A stretch of 50,483 bases of DNA from Actinomycetota bacterium. GTDB taxonomy: Bacteria; Actinomycetota; UBA4738; HRBIN12. Location: NCBI GenBank assembly GCA_040002535.1, contig JBDUEF010000002.1, positions 1 through 50,483 of the forward strand, read 5' to 3'. Shown here piece by piece: positions 10,106-19,035 of the stretch. Within the stretch, counting starts at the first letter, position 1; each line of letters begins with the position of its first letter. The notes under the pieces are model-generated. The model ran no database searches, had not been told where the DNA came from, and saw only the letters and a list, made by a program, of their open reading frames with translations. The translations under genes were made by a program, and so were the position numbers.

Positions 10106-11001
10106 CGCATGGCGATGAGCCCGGCCATCGAGCGCAGGGACTCCACGGCGGTCGGATCGAGGACCTGTGGATCGAGGGCCGCGACGGCGGTGCTCACCAA
10201 CGCGTTCACATCGTTCGTGGTCGCCGCATGCCGGCCGTCCCCGTCCATCAGGTCGTCGCGGAGCTGGAAGGCCTCTCCCAGCGGCGCGCCGAAGCGCCGT
10301 AGCCGCGTCTGCACGAGCGTGGTGGCGCCGGCCAAGGCCGCGCCCACCAGGAGGGGACCTTCGACGCTGTAGGAGCCGCCCTTGAGGGCCGCGATCCGGC
10401 GAGCCGCCGCCGGCTCCACCGGGACGACCGCGATGTCGAGGTACTGCCCGATCGCCATTTCCGTGCGCATCTCGTGGTAGGGCGCGAGAGCGCGGGCGAG
10501 CGCGGCCGCCGGGAACCCGGACTCCAGCAGCAGCCGGTCGGCCAGGACCGCGGCGAGGTCGCCCACCAGCAGGGCGGCCGACTCCCCGAAGCTGTCGGGA
10601 TCACCGCTGCCCAGACCACGCTCGGCGGCAGCGCGGCTCAGGCTGGGCATCGTGGTCTCGACACCCCGGCGCTCCGACGTGCCGTCGATCAGATCGTCGT
10701 GGATCAGGGCCATGGTGTGCAGCAGCTCCAGGGCCGCGCAGGCCTTCGCGATCGGCTCACCGTCCACACCGCCCGCCGCCCGGTACCCCCAGTAGCAGAA
10801 GGCGGGCCGGAGCCGCTTCCCGCCGGCTCGCACCAGCCGGATCATCTCGTCGATCAGCAGGACCGCCTGTGGCTCCCGCCACTCCACCTCCTGGCGGCGA
10901 GCCGCCAGGAAGGGGTACAGCGCCCCGTTCACCCGGTCCACGACCTTCTCCATCTCAACGGAGGAAGGGGACACGGGGAGTGGACGTGCGGCGGCGGTCA
11001 T
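10102..11001 (-). CDS. polyprenyl diphosphate synthase (trans-isoprenyl diphosphate synthase family)
   Basis: 299 aa from MTAAARPLP (internal Met of the 486-aa track ORF). Both Asp-rich motifs are present: LIHDDLIDG and FQLRDDLMD. Confidence 0.9.
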   Translation of the reverse strand: MTAAARPLPVSPSSVEMEKVVDRVNGALYPFLAARRQEVEWREPQAVLLIDEMIRLVRAGGKRLRPAFCYWGYRAAGGVDGEPIAKACAALELLHTMALIHDDLIDGTSERRGVETTMPSLSRAAAERGLGSGDPDSFGESAALLVGDLAAVLADRLLLESGFPAAALARALAPYHEMRTEMAIGQYLDIAVVPVEPAAARRIAALKGGSYSVEGPLLVGAALAGATTLVQTRLRRFGAPLGEAFQLRDDLMDGDGRHAATTNDVNALVSTAVAALDPQVLDPTAVESLRSMAGLIAMR

Positions 11002-11059
11002 GGGCGAAGGGTACGCCATCCCCCCAGCAGGGCGCCATGGGCAGAAGGTCCCCACTATC

Positions 11060-12898
11060 ATGAGGCTCGCCGTCATGACGCGCCTCCAGAAGCTCGCCGT
11101 CGCCTCCGCCGCCACCACCGTCGTGCTGTTCACCGTCGGGGGCCTGGTGCGCGGGACCGGGTCGGGCCTGGGCTGCTCCGCGTGGCCCGTCTGTGAGCCC
11201 GGACGACTGTTCCCGTCCGGGGCGCTCCATTCGCTGATCGAGTTCTCGCACCGAGCGGTGGCGTTCGTGGCGATCGTGCTGATCGCCCTCACCGCCGGGG
11301 GGGCCTGGCGGGAACGACGTGCGCATCCCTCGATGGTGATCCCCGCGCTGACGGCCGTCCCCCTGGTCCTGGCCCAGGCGGTGCTGGGTGGCATCGTCGT
11401 GCTCAGCGAGAACGACCCGTGGTGGGTGACGGCGCACTTCGTCACCGCGATGGCGCTGATCGCCGACGTGGTGCTGGTGGCCGCCATCGCCGTTCGGGGC
11501 GATGCGGCGACCGGACAGGCCCGGCCCCGCGGGGCGTTCGCCCGGCTGGCCGCCTTCACCACCGGTGCGACGGGTCTCCTCCTCCTGGTGGGTACCTACG
11601 TGCGCGCCTCCGGCTCGCAGCTCGTCTTCACCGACTGGCCGTTGATGGACGGGCGGCTCGTGCCGGCCCTTGGCGGAGCGGCGACGGTGATGTTCGTCCA
11701 TCGGGTCCTGGCCGCATCCACCCTCCTGCTGGTGACCTGGACGGCCATCCGCGCACGCACCCTGGCGGTCGACTCGCGCGATATGGTGCGCCTGTCCACG
11801 GTCGCGCTGCTGCTGTTCGTGGGGCAGATCCTCTCGGGTGCTGCCAACGTGTGGACCCGGCTCCGCCCCTGGGCGGTGGTGCTGCACGTGGCGTTGTCCG
11901 TGCTGATCTGGTCCACCCTGGTGGCCCTGGCAGCCGTGGCGCGTCTGCAGAGAACGGGCAGATCCGATGCGCAACCCGTGGAGCCCGAGCGTGCCGGGGA
12001 GGCGGACCGGGGCGATCTCCGCGAGACGATCGGTGCCTACGTGCGGCTCACGAAGCCGCGGATCGTGGTCCTGCTCCTCATCACCACCGTGCCCGCCATG
12101 ATCCTGGCCGGCGGCCGGCTGCCGTCGGTGTGGCTCGTGCTGGCCACGCTGCTGGGCGGCTCCATCGCGGCGGGATCGGCCAACGCCATCAACATGTACC
12201 TGGACCGTGACATCGACCAGATCATGCGCCGGACCCGGAGCCGGCCGCTGCCCGCGCACGCGGTGACGCCCGAGCGCGCGCTCGGGTTCGGGTTCGTCCT
12301 GGGCGCGATCTCGTACCTGTTCCTGTCGATCACCGTGAACGTGCTGGCGGCCACCCTGTCGCTGTCGGCCATCGCGTTCTACGTGTTCGTGTACACGATG
12401 TGGCTGAAGCGCACCAGCGTCCAGAACATCGTGATCGGCGGCGCGGCCGGCGCCGTGCCGGCGCTGGTGGGCTGGGCCGCGGTGACGGGAACGGTAGCCG
12501 CGCCCGCGTGGATCCTGTTCGCCATCATCTTCATGTGGACCCCGCCCCACTTCTGGGCCCTGGCGATGCGCTACCAGCAGGACTACGCGGCCGCCGGGGT
12601 GCCGATGCTCCCCGTGGTGAAGGGCGAGGACGAGACGCGGCGTCAGATCTTCCTGTACTCGCTGATGCTGTTCGGCACCACGCTCCTGCTGGTGCCCATC
12701 GGCCGGATGGGACCGGTGTACCTGTCGACGGCGATCGTGTTGGGCGGCGTGTTCGTCTACCGCGCGCTGCGGCTCTGGCGAGATCCCGCGCCGGCGCGCG
12801 CCTGGGGCCTGTTCAAGTACTCGATCGTGTACCTGGCGGCCCTGTTCGGGTCGGTGGCCGTCGACGCGCTCACGCCGCTCGGCCGCCGCGTCGGCTGA
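11060..12898 (+). CDS. ctaAB: fused haem A synthase (CtaA/COX15) - protohaem IX farnesyltransferase (CtaB/CyoE)
   Basis: 612 aa. The N-terminal half carries CtaA features (GSGLGCSAWPVC, EFSHR, HFV, DWP, HRVLA). The C-terminal half carries CtaB features (YVRLTKPRI, NMYLDRDID, RTRSRPLP, WTPPHFWALA). The start was set at ATG 11060 because ATG 11000 would abut the divergent synthase start at 11001. ATG 11075 is also possible. Confidence 0.88.
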   Translation: MRLAVMTRLQKLAVASAATTVVLFTVGGLVRGTGSGLGCSAWPVCEPGRLFPSGALHSLIEFSHRAVAFVAIVLIALTAGGAWRERRAHPSMVIPALTAVPLVLAQAVLGGIVVLSENDPWWVTAHFVTAMALIADVVLVAAIAVRGDAATGQARPRGAFARLAAFTTGATGLLLLVGTYVRASGSQLVFTDWPLMDGRLVPALGGAATVMFVHRVLAASTLLLVTWTAIRARTLAVDSRDMVRLSTVALLLFVGQILSGAANVWTRLRPWAVVLHVALSVLIWSTLVALAAVARLQRTGRSDAQPVEPERAGEADRGDLRETIGAYVRLTKPRIVVLLLITTVPAMILAGGRLPSVWLVLATLLGGSIAAGSANAINMYLDRDIDQIMRRTRSRPLPAHAVTPERALGFGFVLGAISYLFLSITVNVLAATLSLSAIAFYVFVYTMWLKRTSVQNIVIGGAAGAVPALVGWAAVTGTVAAPAWILFAIIFMWTPPHFWALAMRYQQDYAAAGVPMLPVVKGEDETRRQIFLYSLMLFGTTLLLVPIGRMGPVYLSTAIVLGGVFVYRALRLWRDPAPARAWGLFKYSIVYLAALFGSVAVDALTPLGRRVG

Positions 12899-12909
12899 CC
12901 CGGGCGCTT

Positions 12910-13431
12910 CTACGAGGAGGGGGTCTGGGCAGCCAGCAGCTCGTCGAGCACTCCCGACAGCTGCTCGGCGGTGGTGGCGCCCGTGACGACGTACCGGATG
13001 GTGCCCCCGGCGTCGCTCACGTAGGTGTCCGGCAGGCCCAGGAATCCGAAGTCGTCTGCCCATGCACCGGAGGGGTCCTCGATGCTCGGGTACGTCACGC
13101 CGAACTCGTCGATCCATGCGCCGGCGGCCGCGCTGTCGTCCCGGTAGTTCACGCCGACGAACCGCACGCCCCTGCTCTGGTAGTCGCCCCATACCTGCTG
13201 CAGGGCAGGCTGCTCCTCACGGCACGGTCCGCACCACGTAGCCCAGAAGTTCACCACCAGCACGTGCCCCGCAGAGTCGGCGGCAGCAACGTGGCCCCCC
13301 TGCACGGTGGGTCCGGTCAGGGCGGGCAACGGCCTGTCGGCCGCCACCAGACCCAATCCATCGCTGGTACCCGTGCAACCCGCCCCCAGCATGGCGAGGG
13401 CCAGCAGCGGCGGCAGCAGACGCAGGCGCAC
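12910..13431 (-). CDS. TlpA/ResA-like thiol-disulfide oxidoreductase, lipoprotein
   Basis: 173 aa with a GTG start. Lipobox LGAGC and thioredoxin motif FWATWCGPC. Confidence 0.88.
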   Translation of the reverse strand: MRLRLLPPLLALAMLGAGCTGTSDGLGLVAADRPLPALTGPTVQGGHVAAADSAGHVLVVNFWATWCGPCREEQPALQQVWGDYQSRGVRFVGVNYRDDSAAAGAWIDEFGVTYPSIEDPSGAWADDFGFLGLPDTYVSDAGGTIRYVVTGATTAEQLSGVLDELLAAQTPSS

Positions 13432-13468
13432 GGCGTCACGCTAACAGCGGCTGGTGGCTACGTGCGGG

Positions 13469-14146
13469 TCACGGTGTCGCCGAGGTTTCGGCTCCCGGCG
13501 AGGTCGAGGCTCCCGCGGATGCGCCGCCCGTGGCGACCGTGATCTGCCCCATCATCGTGCCGGGATGGACGTCGCAATGGTAGAAGTACGTGCCGGCGGC
13601 CAGCGGCTGGACGTTGTAGGTGTCCCTGGCCGGGCCGGTGATGAAGGCGCCGCTGAACAGCGGGGTCTGACCGGTCACCTCCGCCGGATCCTGCGTGAAG
13701 ATCGCGACGTTGTGCTGGATGCCCGTCTCCTGGTTATCGAACTCGAGGGCCACGGGCGTGTCGGCCGGGAAGGACAGGGTCGATTCATCGAAGCCCTCGG
13801 TGGAGGCCTTGGGCCCGGCGGCGAGCAACTCCGGCACGCCCTCGACGGCCTCCTTCTGCGGGCCGACGATGAGGAATGCCAATGCCCCCGTTACCAGTGC
13901 GACGCCGGCCACCACGCCCACCATCGAACCGATCGCGGGGGCCCCCACGCTCGGGCGCCGGGACACGAGGGTCGCCATCACCATGATGGCGATGGCGACG
14001 ACACACGCGGTCACGGTGGCCGCGTTGTGGGAGATCGCCAGCAGGATCCGCGAGAAGCCGAACAGGACGGCGCCGATCACGGCCAGGCCGCCGAGGGGGA
14101 TCAGGATCGGCAGCAGCAGGCTCTGCCGGTGTGAGGGTGAACTCAT
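13469..14146 (-). CDS. membrane-anchored cupredoxin (type-1 blue copper protein)
   Basis: 225 aa from MSSPSHRQS. ATGA overlap with the ctaG stop. Three N-terminal TM segments, then a plastocyanin/amicyanin-like domain with ligand pattern H (IQHNVAIF) ... YFYHCDVHPGTMMG. Confidence 0.85.
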   Translation of the reverse strand: MSSPSHRQSLLLPILIPLGGLAVIGAVLFGFSRILLAISHNAATVTACVVAIAIMVMATLVSRRPSVGAPAIGSMVGVVAGVALVTGALAFLIVGPQKEAVEGVPELLAAGPKASTEGFDESTLSFPADTPVALEFDNQETGIQHNVAIFTQDPAEVTGQTPLFSGAFITGPARDTYNVQPLAAGTYFYHCDVHPGTMMGQITVATGGASAGASTSPGAETSATP

Positions 14147-14982
14147 CGCGTCATCTCCGCTCTGATCTCCTTCTCGACGTCGGCGTACCGGAGCGCGTCC
14201 CAACCCTCTCTCCGTTCCCGGTCACCCCAGCGGAAGAAGACCGCCGACATCACACCCCACAGGATCAGCCCGCCGACGATCTTCATGATCAGGCCGGCGA
14301 TCAGCTGATCGGTGAGTGCGTCCATGCCCCAGATCCGGGGGAATCCCACGTACACGGGATACAGGGGACGGGTTCCGAAGGTGAGGAACGACGCGGGGAT
14401 CGTCGGCGCCAGCGACTGCAGGAACAGATACAACATCTGGCCGGGCGCCGGGAGCGCCGGCATCTCCGGCAGCGGCGAGACGATCGGCCACCACATCACC
14501 AGCGCCGACCCCACGATGAGGACGTGCAGGGCGAAGTGCGTGAGCTCGTCGGTCACCGCCGCATCGACCACGGCGGGCCAGTGCGTGAAGAACAGCACCG
14601 TGTTGAAGACCATCAAGGCCACCACCGGGCGGGTGAGGAAGCCCCAGATCACGCGGACGGCGCGGGGACGGAGCAGACGCCGCAGCAGCCAGGTCGGCAT
14701 GCCGACGATCAGGAGCGGGGCGGCCACCAGCGTGAAGAGGGTGTGCTGGACCATGTGGACGCTGAAGAGGTACCGCTCCGCGAGGTCGTGGACCGGCCAG
14801 TCCGCTCCGATCCACAGCACCCCCATGCCCAGCAGGAACAGGCGGACCCGGCGACGGGGGGTTGGCTCCTCGCCGGCTGCTGGCGCTCGATCGTGCCGGC
14901 GAACGGCGATCAGGTAGACGCCCACGACCGACCCCAGCAGGAGCCAGACGTCGGGGTGCGCATGCCAGGCAGGGAGATCCAT
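14143..14982 (-). CDS. ctaG: cytochrome c oxidase assembly factor CtaG (Bacillus-type, polytopic)
   Basis: 279 aa, multi-TM. The segments HMVQHTLFTLVAAPLLIVG and FFTHWP resemble the caa3 CtaG family. Confidence 0.85.
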   Translation of the reverse strand: MDLPAWHAHPDVWLLLGSVVGVYLIAVRRHDRAPAAGEEPTPRRRVRLFLLGMGVLWIGADWPVHDLAERYLFSVHMVQHTLFTLVAAPLLIVGMPTWLLRRLLRPRAVRVIWGFLTRPVVALMVFNTVLFFTHWPAVVDAAVTDELTHFALHVLIVGSALVMWWPIVSPLPEMPALPAPGQMLYLFLQSLAPTIPASFLTFGTRPLYPVYVGFPRIWGMDALTDQLIAGLIMKIVGGLILWGVMSAVFFRWGDRERREGWDALRYADVEKEIRAEMTR

Positions 14983-14986
14983 ACGC

Positions 14987-15325
14987 CTATCTCAGGAACA
15001 CCCTGGACAGCATGAGGACGATCAGGAACAGCGTCACGGCCAGTGCCACACCGGCCACGAAGAACCTGGCGTAGCGGCGGTCGTCGAACTTCAGGTGCAT
15101 GAACCACATGACGACGATCGAGAACTTGACGATCGCGAGCGTCAGCAGGAGTGCGATGAGGGCAGCGCCGCCGATCGTGTACGAGGCCGCGATCTCGATG
15201 GCCGTCAGGAGTCCGAGGATCGCCCCGATGCGCACGTACTCCTTCGGGCTCGGGTGGGCGTGGCTCGTGCCGCCGGCGTACGCCCTGTCCGGACTGGGGT
15301 GTGGCTGCAGCTCCGACTCGGCCAT
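14987..15325 (-). CDS. ctaF: cytochrome c oxidase subunit IV (prokaryotic COX4 family)
   Basis: 112 aa from MAESELQ. Motif IVKFSIVVMWFMHLKFD. Lies directly after ctaE. Confidence 0.85.
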   Translation of the reverse strand: MAESELQPHPSPDRAYAGGTSHAHPSPKEYVRIGAILGLLTAIEIAASYTIGGAALIALLLTLAIVKFSIVVMWFMHLKFDDRRYARFFVAGVALAVTLFLIVLMLSRVFLR

Positions 15326-15333
15326 GAGAGCTC

Positions 15334-15984
15334 CTAGGACGACGGGGATCCGGTGGGGATCAGGTACACCACGGTGAAGATGATGATCCAGACGATGTCG
15401 ACGAAGTGCCAGTACAGCCCGATCATCTCGACGGGGAACGACGGATCGTCGGGGAGGCGGTCGGCTGAGGACATGCCCACGAGCGAGAGCAGCATCAGGA
15501 TGCCCACCGTCACGTGCACGCCGTGGAAGCCGGTCAGCACGTAGAACGTCGTGCCGAACAGGTTCGTCGAGAGCTTCAGGCCCTCGTGGTAGAAGCTGGT
15601 GAACTCGTAGACCTGGCCGCCGACGAAGGTCATCCCCAGCAGCGCCGTCGTCAGCAGCCACAGCCGCATCCGCGCGATGTCGCGACGCTGGGCGGCTGAC
15701 AGCGCCAGCACCATCGTGAGCGAGCTGGCCAGCAGCACGAACGACGACACCGAGGTGTACGGGATGTCGAAGACGTCGGCCGGGTACGGTCCCTCGGCGC
15801 TGGTCCCGCGGTACAGGAGGTAGGTGGAGATCAGGGCGCCGAACAACAGGCACTCGGAGGCTAGGAACAGCCACATGGCGAGCTTCGTGTTGGGCAGACC
15901 GGTGGATGTCTCGTGGGCCCCGCCGGACGCCTGATGACCGCCGCCGTCGTGGGCCCCGCCGTGCTCGATCGATGCCTGCGCCAC
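15334..15984 (-). CDS. ctaE: cytochrome c oxidase subunit III
   Basis: 216 aa. GTG at 15984 is preceded by GGAG. Motifs FYVLTGFHGVHVTVG and YWHFVDIVWIIIF. Confidence 0.92.
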   Translation of the reverse strand: MAQASIEHGGAHDGGGHQASGGAHETSTGLPNTKLAMWLFLASECLLFGALISTYLLYRGTSAEGPYPADVFDIPYTSVSSFVLLASSLTMVLALSAAQRRDIARMRLWLLTTALLGMTFVGGQVYEFTSFYHEGLKLSTNLFGTTFYVLTGFHGVHVTVGILMLLSLVGMSSADRLPDDPSFPVEMIGLYWHFVDIVWIIIFTVVYLIPTGSPSS

Positions 15985-15992
15985 GCTCGCTC

Positions 15993-17858
15993 CTACTCCG
16001 CCGAGGGCTCGAGAGCCCACCCGTAGAACGCGACCAGGACCAGGACCGCGCCCAGCCCGGCCATCCACCAATGGAACAGGACGCCGTAGCCCAGGAGGGG
16101 CAGCCCTGCGGCGGCGATGATCGGCCAGAACGACGGGTTGGGCAGGTGGATCCCGTGCCCGGCGTCTTCGTGGGCACCGGCCTCCGCGGCCGCACCGGCC
16201 TGCACCGGCACCAGTCGGCCGCTCTTGTCCTCGGCGTACTTGCGATGCCAGAAGTCGTCCAGCGCGTGGACCTGCGGGATCTCGGCGAAGTTGTAATCCG
16301 GCGGCGGCGAGGTGGTCATCCACTCGATGGTGCGGCCGTCCCACGGGTCGGCCTCGAAGGTCCTCGGCCGTCGGGAGCTGATGACCACGTTTCCGATGAA
16401 CACCAGGATCGACAGCGCGATCAGGAAGGCCCCCGTCGACGACACCTGGTTCCAGAACGTGAGCCCCAGCGACGCCGGGTACGTGTACTCGCGCCGGATC
16501 ATGCCCTGCAGCCCCAGGATGTGCATCGGCCCGAACGTGAGGTTGAACCCCAGCAACATGATCCAGAAGTGGGTCTTGCCCAGCCCCTCCCCCAGGCGCC
16601 GCCCGAACACCTTCGGCCACCAGTAGTACATGCCGCCGAAGAGGCCGAAGATCGCGCCGCCGAACAGCACGTAATGGAGATGTGCGATGACGTAGTACGT
16701 GTCGGTCTGCTGGTAGTCCGAGGGGACGACCGAGTGCGTGACGCCGGACAGGCCACCGATCACGAACATGGTCACGGTGCCGATGGCGAACAGCATGGGC
16801 GTGGCCAGCCGGATATCGCCGCGCCAGAGCGTGGCCATCCAGTTGAAGATCTTCACGCCCGTCGGCACCGCGATGATGGCGGTGGAGATGCCGAACGCCG
16901 TGTTGGCCACGGGGCCCAGTCCGGTTGCGAACATGTGGTGCGCCCACACGCCGAACCCGATGAACCCGATCGCGATGCCGCTGAACACGACGAACTGGTA
17001 CCCGAACAGGGGCTTGCGGGCGAACACCGGGATGATCTCGCTGATGATGCCGAACGCCGGCAGGATCAGGATGTAGACCTCCGGATGGCCGAACAGCCAG
17101 AACAGGTGCTGCCACAGCAGCGGGTTCCCGCCCTTGGCCACGTTGAAGAAGTTCGTGCCGATCTCGCGGTCGAACAACAGCTCGAACAGACCCACAGTGA
17201 TGATCGGCAACGAGAACGCGAGCAGCAGCTGGACGACCAATCCCATCCAGACGAACACCGGGAGCCGGAACAACGACATCCCCGGCGCGCGCATGTTGAT
17301 GACCGTCACCGCCAGGTTGATCGCGCCCGCGCTGGAGGCGATGCCGGTGATCAGCAGACCGGCCGCGTAGAACGACATGCCGATCGTGGGATCGGTGGTG
17401 GAGTTCGGCGCGTAGCCGAACCAGCCACCGTTGGGCGCGCCGCCCAGGAACCAGCTGGAGTAGATGAAGGACCCCCCGAACAGGAACGCCCAGTAGCTGA
17501 AGGCGTTCAGCCGCGGGAACGCCACGTCGCGGGCACCGATCATCAGCGGGATCAGGTAGTTGAAGAACGCGGCCGACATGGGCATGACGACCAGGAAGAT
17601 CATGGTGATCCCGTGCATCGTGAAGATCTGGTTGTAGGCGCCGGCCGACAGCAGCGTGTTGTCCGGCTTCGAGAGCTGGGTGCGGATCAGGAGCGCCTCG
17701 GAGCCGCCCACGATGAAGAAGATGAACGCCGTGACGCCGTAGAGGATCCCGATCTTCTTGTGGTCCACCGTCGTGAACCAGCTCCAGAAGCCGGTCGTGG
17801 CGGCCGGACGACGGAGCATGCCGCCGGCCGTGGGGCTCTGCACGCTCACGCTGGCCAT
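15993..17858 (-). CDS. ctaD: cytochrome c oxidase subunit I
   Basis: 621 aa. Motifs TVDHKKIGILY, FTMHGITMIFLVVMP, WAHHMF, HLHYVL. The extra C-terminal two helices (HLPNPSFWP...) resemble the long Bacillus-type CtaD. Confidence 0.97.
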   Translation of the reverse strand: MASVSVQSPTAGGMLRRPAATTGFWSWFTTVDHKKIGILYGVTAFIFFIVGGSEALLIRTQLSKPDNTLLSAGAYNQIFTMHGITMIFLVVMPMSAAFFNYLIPLMIGARDVAFPRLNAFSYWAFLFGGSFIYSSWFLGGAPNGGWFGYAPNSTTDPTIGMSFYAAGLLITGIASSAGAINLAVTVINMRAPGMSLFRLPVFVWMGLVVQLLLAFSLPIITVGLFELLFDREIGTNFFNVAKGGNPLLWQHLFWLFGHPEVYILILPAFGIISEIIPVFARKPLFGYQFVVFSGIAIGFIGFGVWAHHMFATGLGPVANTAFGISTAIIAVPTGVKIFNWMATLWRGDIRLATPMLFAIGTVTMFVIGGLSGVTHSVVPSDYQQTDTYYVIAHLHYVLFGGAIFGLFGGMYYWWPKVFGRRLGEGLGKTHFWIMLLGFNLTFGPMHILGLQGMIRREYTYPASLGLTFWNQVSSTGAFLIALSILVFIGNVVISSRRPRTFEADPWDGRTIEWMTTSPPPDYNFAEIPQVHALDDFWHRKYAEDKSGRLVPVQAGAAAEAGAHEDAGHGIHLPNPSFWPIIAAAGLPLLGYGVLFHWWMAGLGAVLVLVAFYGWALEPSAE

Positions 17859-17880
17859 CGCTCGCCTTTCCTCATCCCGC

Positions 17881-18939
17881 TCACTTCAAGCTCTGCAGGT
17901 ACGCCACGAGGGCCTGGATCTGGTCGTCAGGCAGATGGTAGTTCGGCATGAACGAGCCCTCCTTCACCGCGGTGGGGTCGTGCAGCCATCGTGCGATGTC
18001 GGCGGGGTCGGTGTTGTCCAGCAGGCACCCGGCGAAGCACTTCCGGGATGCGAAGTGAGTGAGGTTCGGGCCGGCGATGCCCTGGGCGTCGGTCCCCTGG
18101 ATCCCGTGGCACTGCACGCACGTGCCGCTCATGAACGTGTCGAAGCCGGTGGCGGCGAGCCCGCCCGTCGGCGTGATCGCATCCTCCTTCTGCCCGGCCG
18201 ACCACGCCGCGAAGTCCTCGGGGGTCACCGCGCGCACATGCCACTTCATGATGGCGTGCGACAGGCCGCAGAACTCGGCGCACTGCCCCTCGTAGATCCC
18301 GGGGACGTCGGCCTGCAGCAGGATGTGGTTCTCGTGGTTGGGGATGGCGTCCTGCTTGCCGGCGAGCTCGGGCACCCACAGCGAGTGGATCACCGCGGCA
18401 TCGCCGATCCCGCCCACGCCCGAGGTCACGGTGAGGTACACCACGCGGCCGGTGGGGATCACCAGTTCGTTGGCGGTGGTGATGGGACCCGGGGTCTCCG
18501 CGGCCGTCTGCATGTCGGCGTCGGTGTACTGGAACTTCCACCACCACTGCTGGCCGATCACCGTGACGTTCAGGGAGTCACTGGGTGGCTTGCGGGCGAG
18601 ATCCCAGATCGTGGCGACGGTGGGCACCATCACGACCGCCAGGATCACGGCGGGCAGGATCGTCCACCCGATCTCCAAGCGGGTGTTGCCGTGGATCTGC
18701 GGCGGCATCCGGTCCTGCCCTGCGCGATGCCGATACTTGAAGACGAAGTACAGGATCACGCCCTCGACCAGCAGGAAGACCGCGACGGCCACGCCGAACA
18801 CCGGGACGAAGAGGTTCTTCTCCTCGCGGGCGAAGGGACCGGCCGGCTGGAGTGTGTCCTGCGTGGCATGCGGCGCGCAGGCGGCGAACGCGATGGCGAG
18901 GGTCACCAGGCCCAGGACCCATATGACCTTCTTCCGCAC
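17881..18939 (-). CDS. ctaC: cytochrome c oxidase subunit II with fused C-terminal cytochrome c domain (caa3-type)
   Basis: 352 aa from GTG 18939, which has GGAGG 10 nt upstream. CuA site HSLWVPELAGK...CAEFCGLSHAIM and haem c site CVQCH...FMPNY. The track's ATG at 19002 lies inside the candidate promoter. Confidence 0.92.
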   Translation of the reverse strand: MRKKVIWVLGLVTLAIAFAACAPHATQDTLQPAGPFAREEKNLFVPVFGVAVAVFLLVEGVILYFVFKYRHRAGQDRMPPQIHGNTRLEIGWTILPAVILAVVMVPTVATIWDLARKPPSDSLNVTVIGQQWWWKFQYTDADMQTAAETPGPITTANELVIPTGRVVYLTVTSGVGGIGDAAVIHSLWVPELAGKQDAIPNHENHILLQADVPGIYEGQCAEFCGLSHAIMKWHVRAVTPEDFAAWSAGQKEDAITPTGGLAATGFDTFMSGTCVQCHGIQGTDAQGIAGPNLTHFASRKCFAGCLLDNTDPADIARWLHDPTAVKEGSFMPNYHLPDDQIQALVAYLQSLK

Positions 18940-18992
18940 GTTGCTCAGGCCTCCGGACGAACGTTGCCAGATCTCAGCACGCGAACTCGCGC

Positions 18993-19024
18993 ACTGTATC
19001 ACCGGCCTGCTGCGTGCCTGTCAA
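18993..19024 (-). promoter_or_regulatory. candidate sigma-70-type promoter of the cta operon
   Basis: On the minus strand: TTGACA (19024-19019), an 18-nt spacer, then GATACA (19000-18995), with an overlapping TACAGT. Assigned by eye only. Confidence 0.4.
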
Positions 19025-19035
19025 GACCAGGTCCC

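Noticed and set aside
12899-12909. Intrinsic terminators at convergent gene ends (12899-12909, 29738-29741, 35945-35960, 40526-40529, 43053-43081)
   Set aside because: No GC-rich hairpin followed by a T-tract is visible at any of these junctions. Several convergent genes actually overlap. No terminator can be supported from the sequence.
19000-19002. ATG at 19002 as the ctaC start (track ORF 17881-19002)
   Set aside because: It lies inside the TTGACA / GATACA promoter-like element and has no ribosome-binding site. GTG 18939 has GGAGG 10 nt upstream and yields a normal lipoprotein-like signal sequence.
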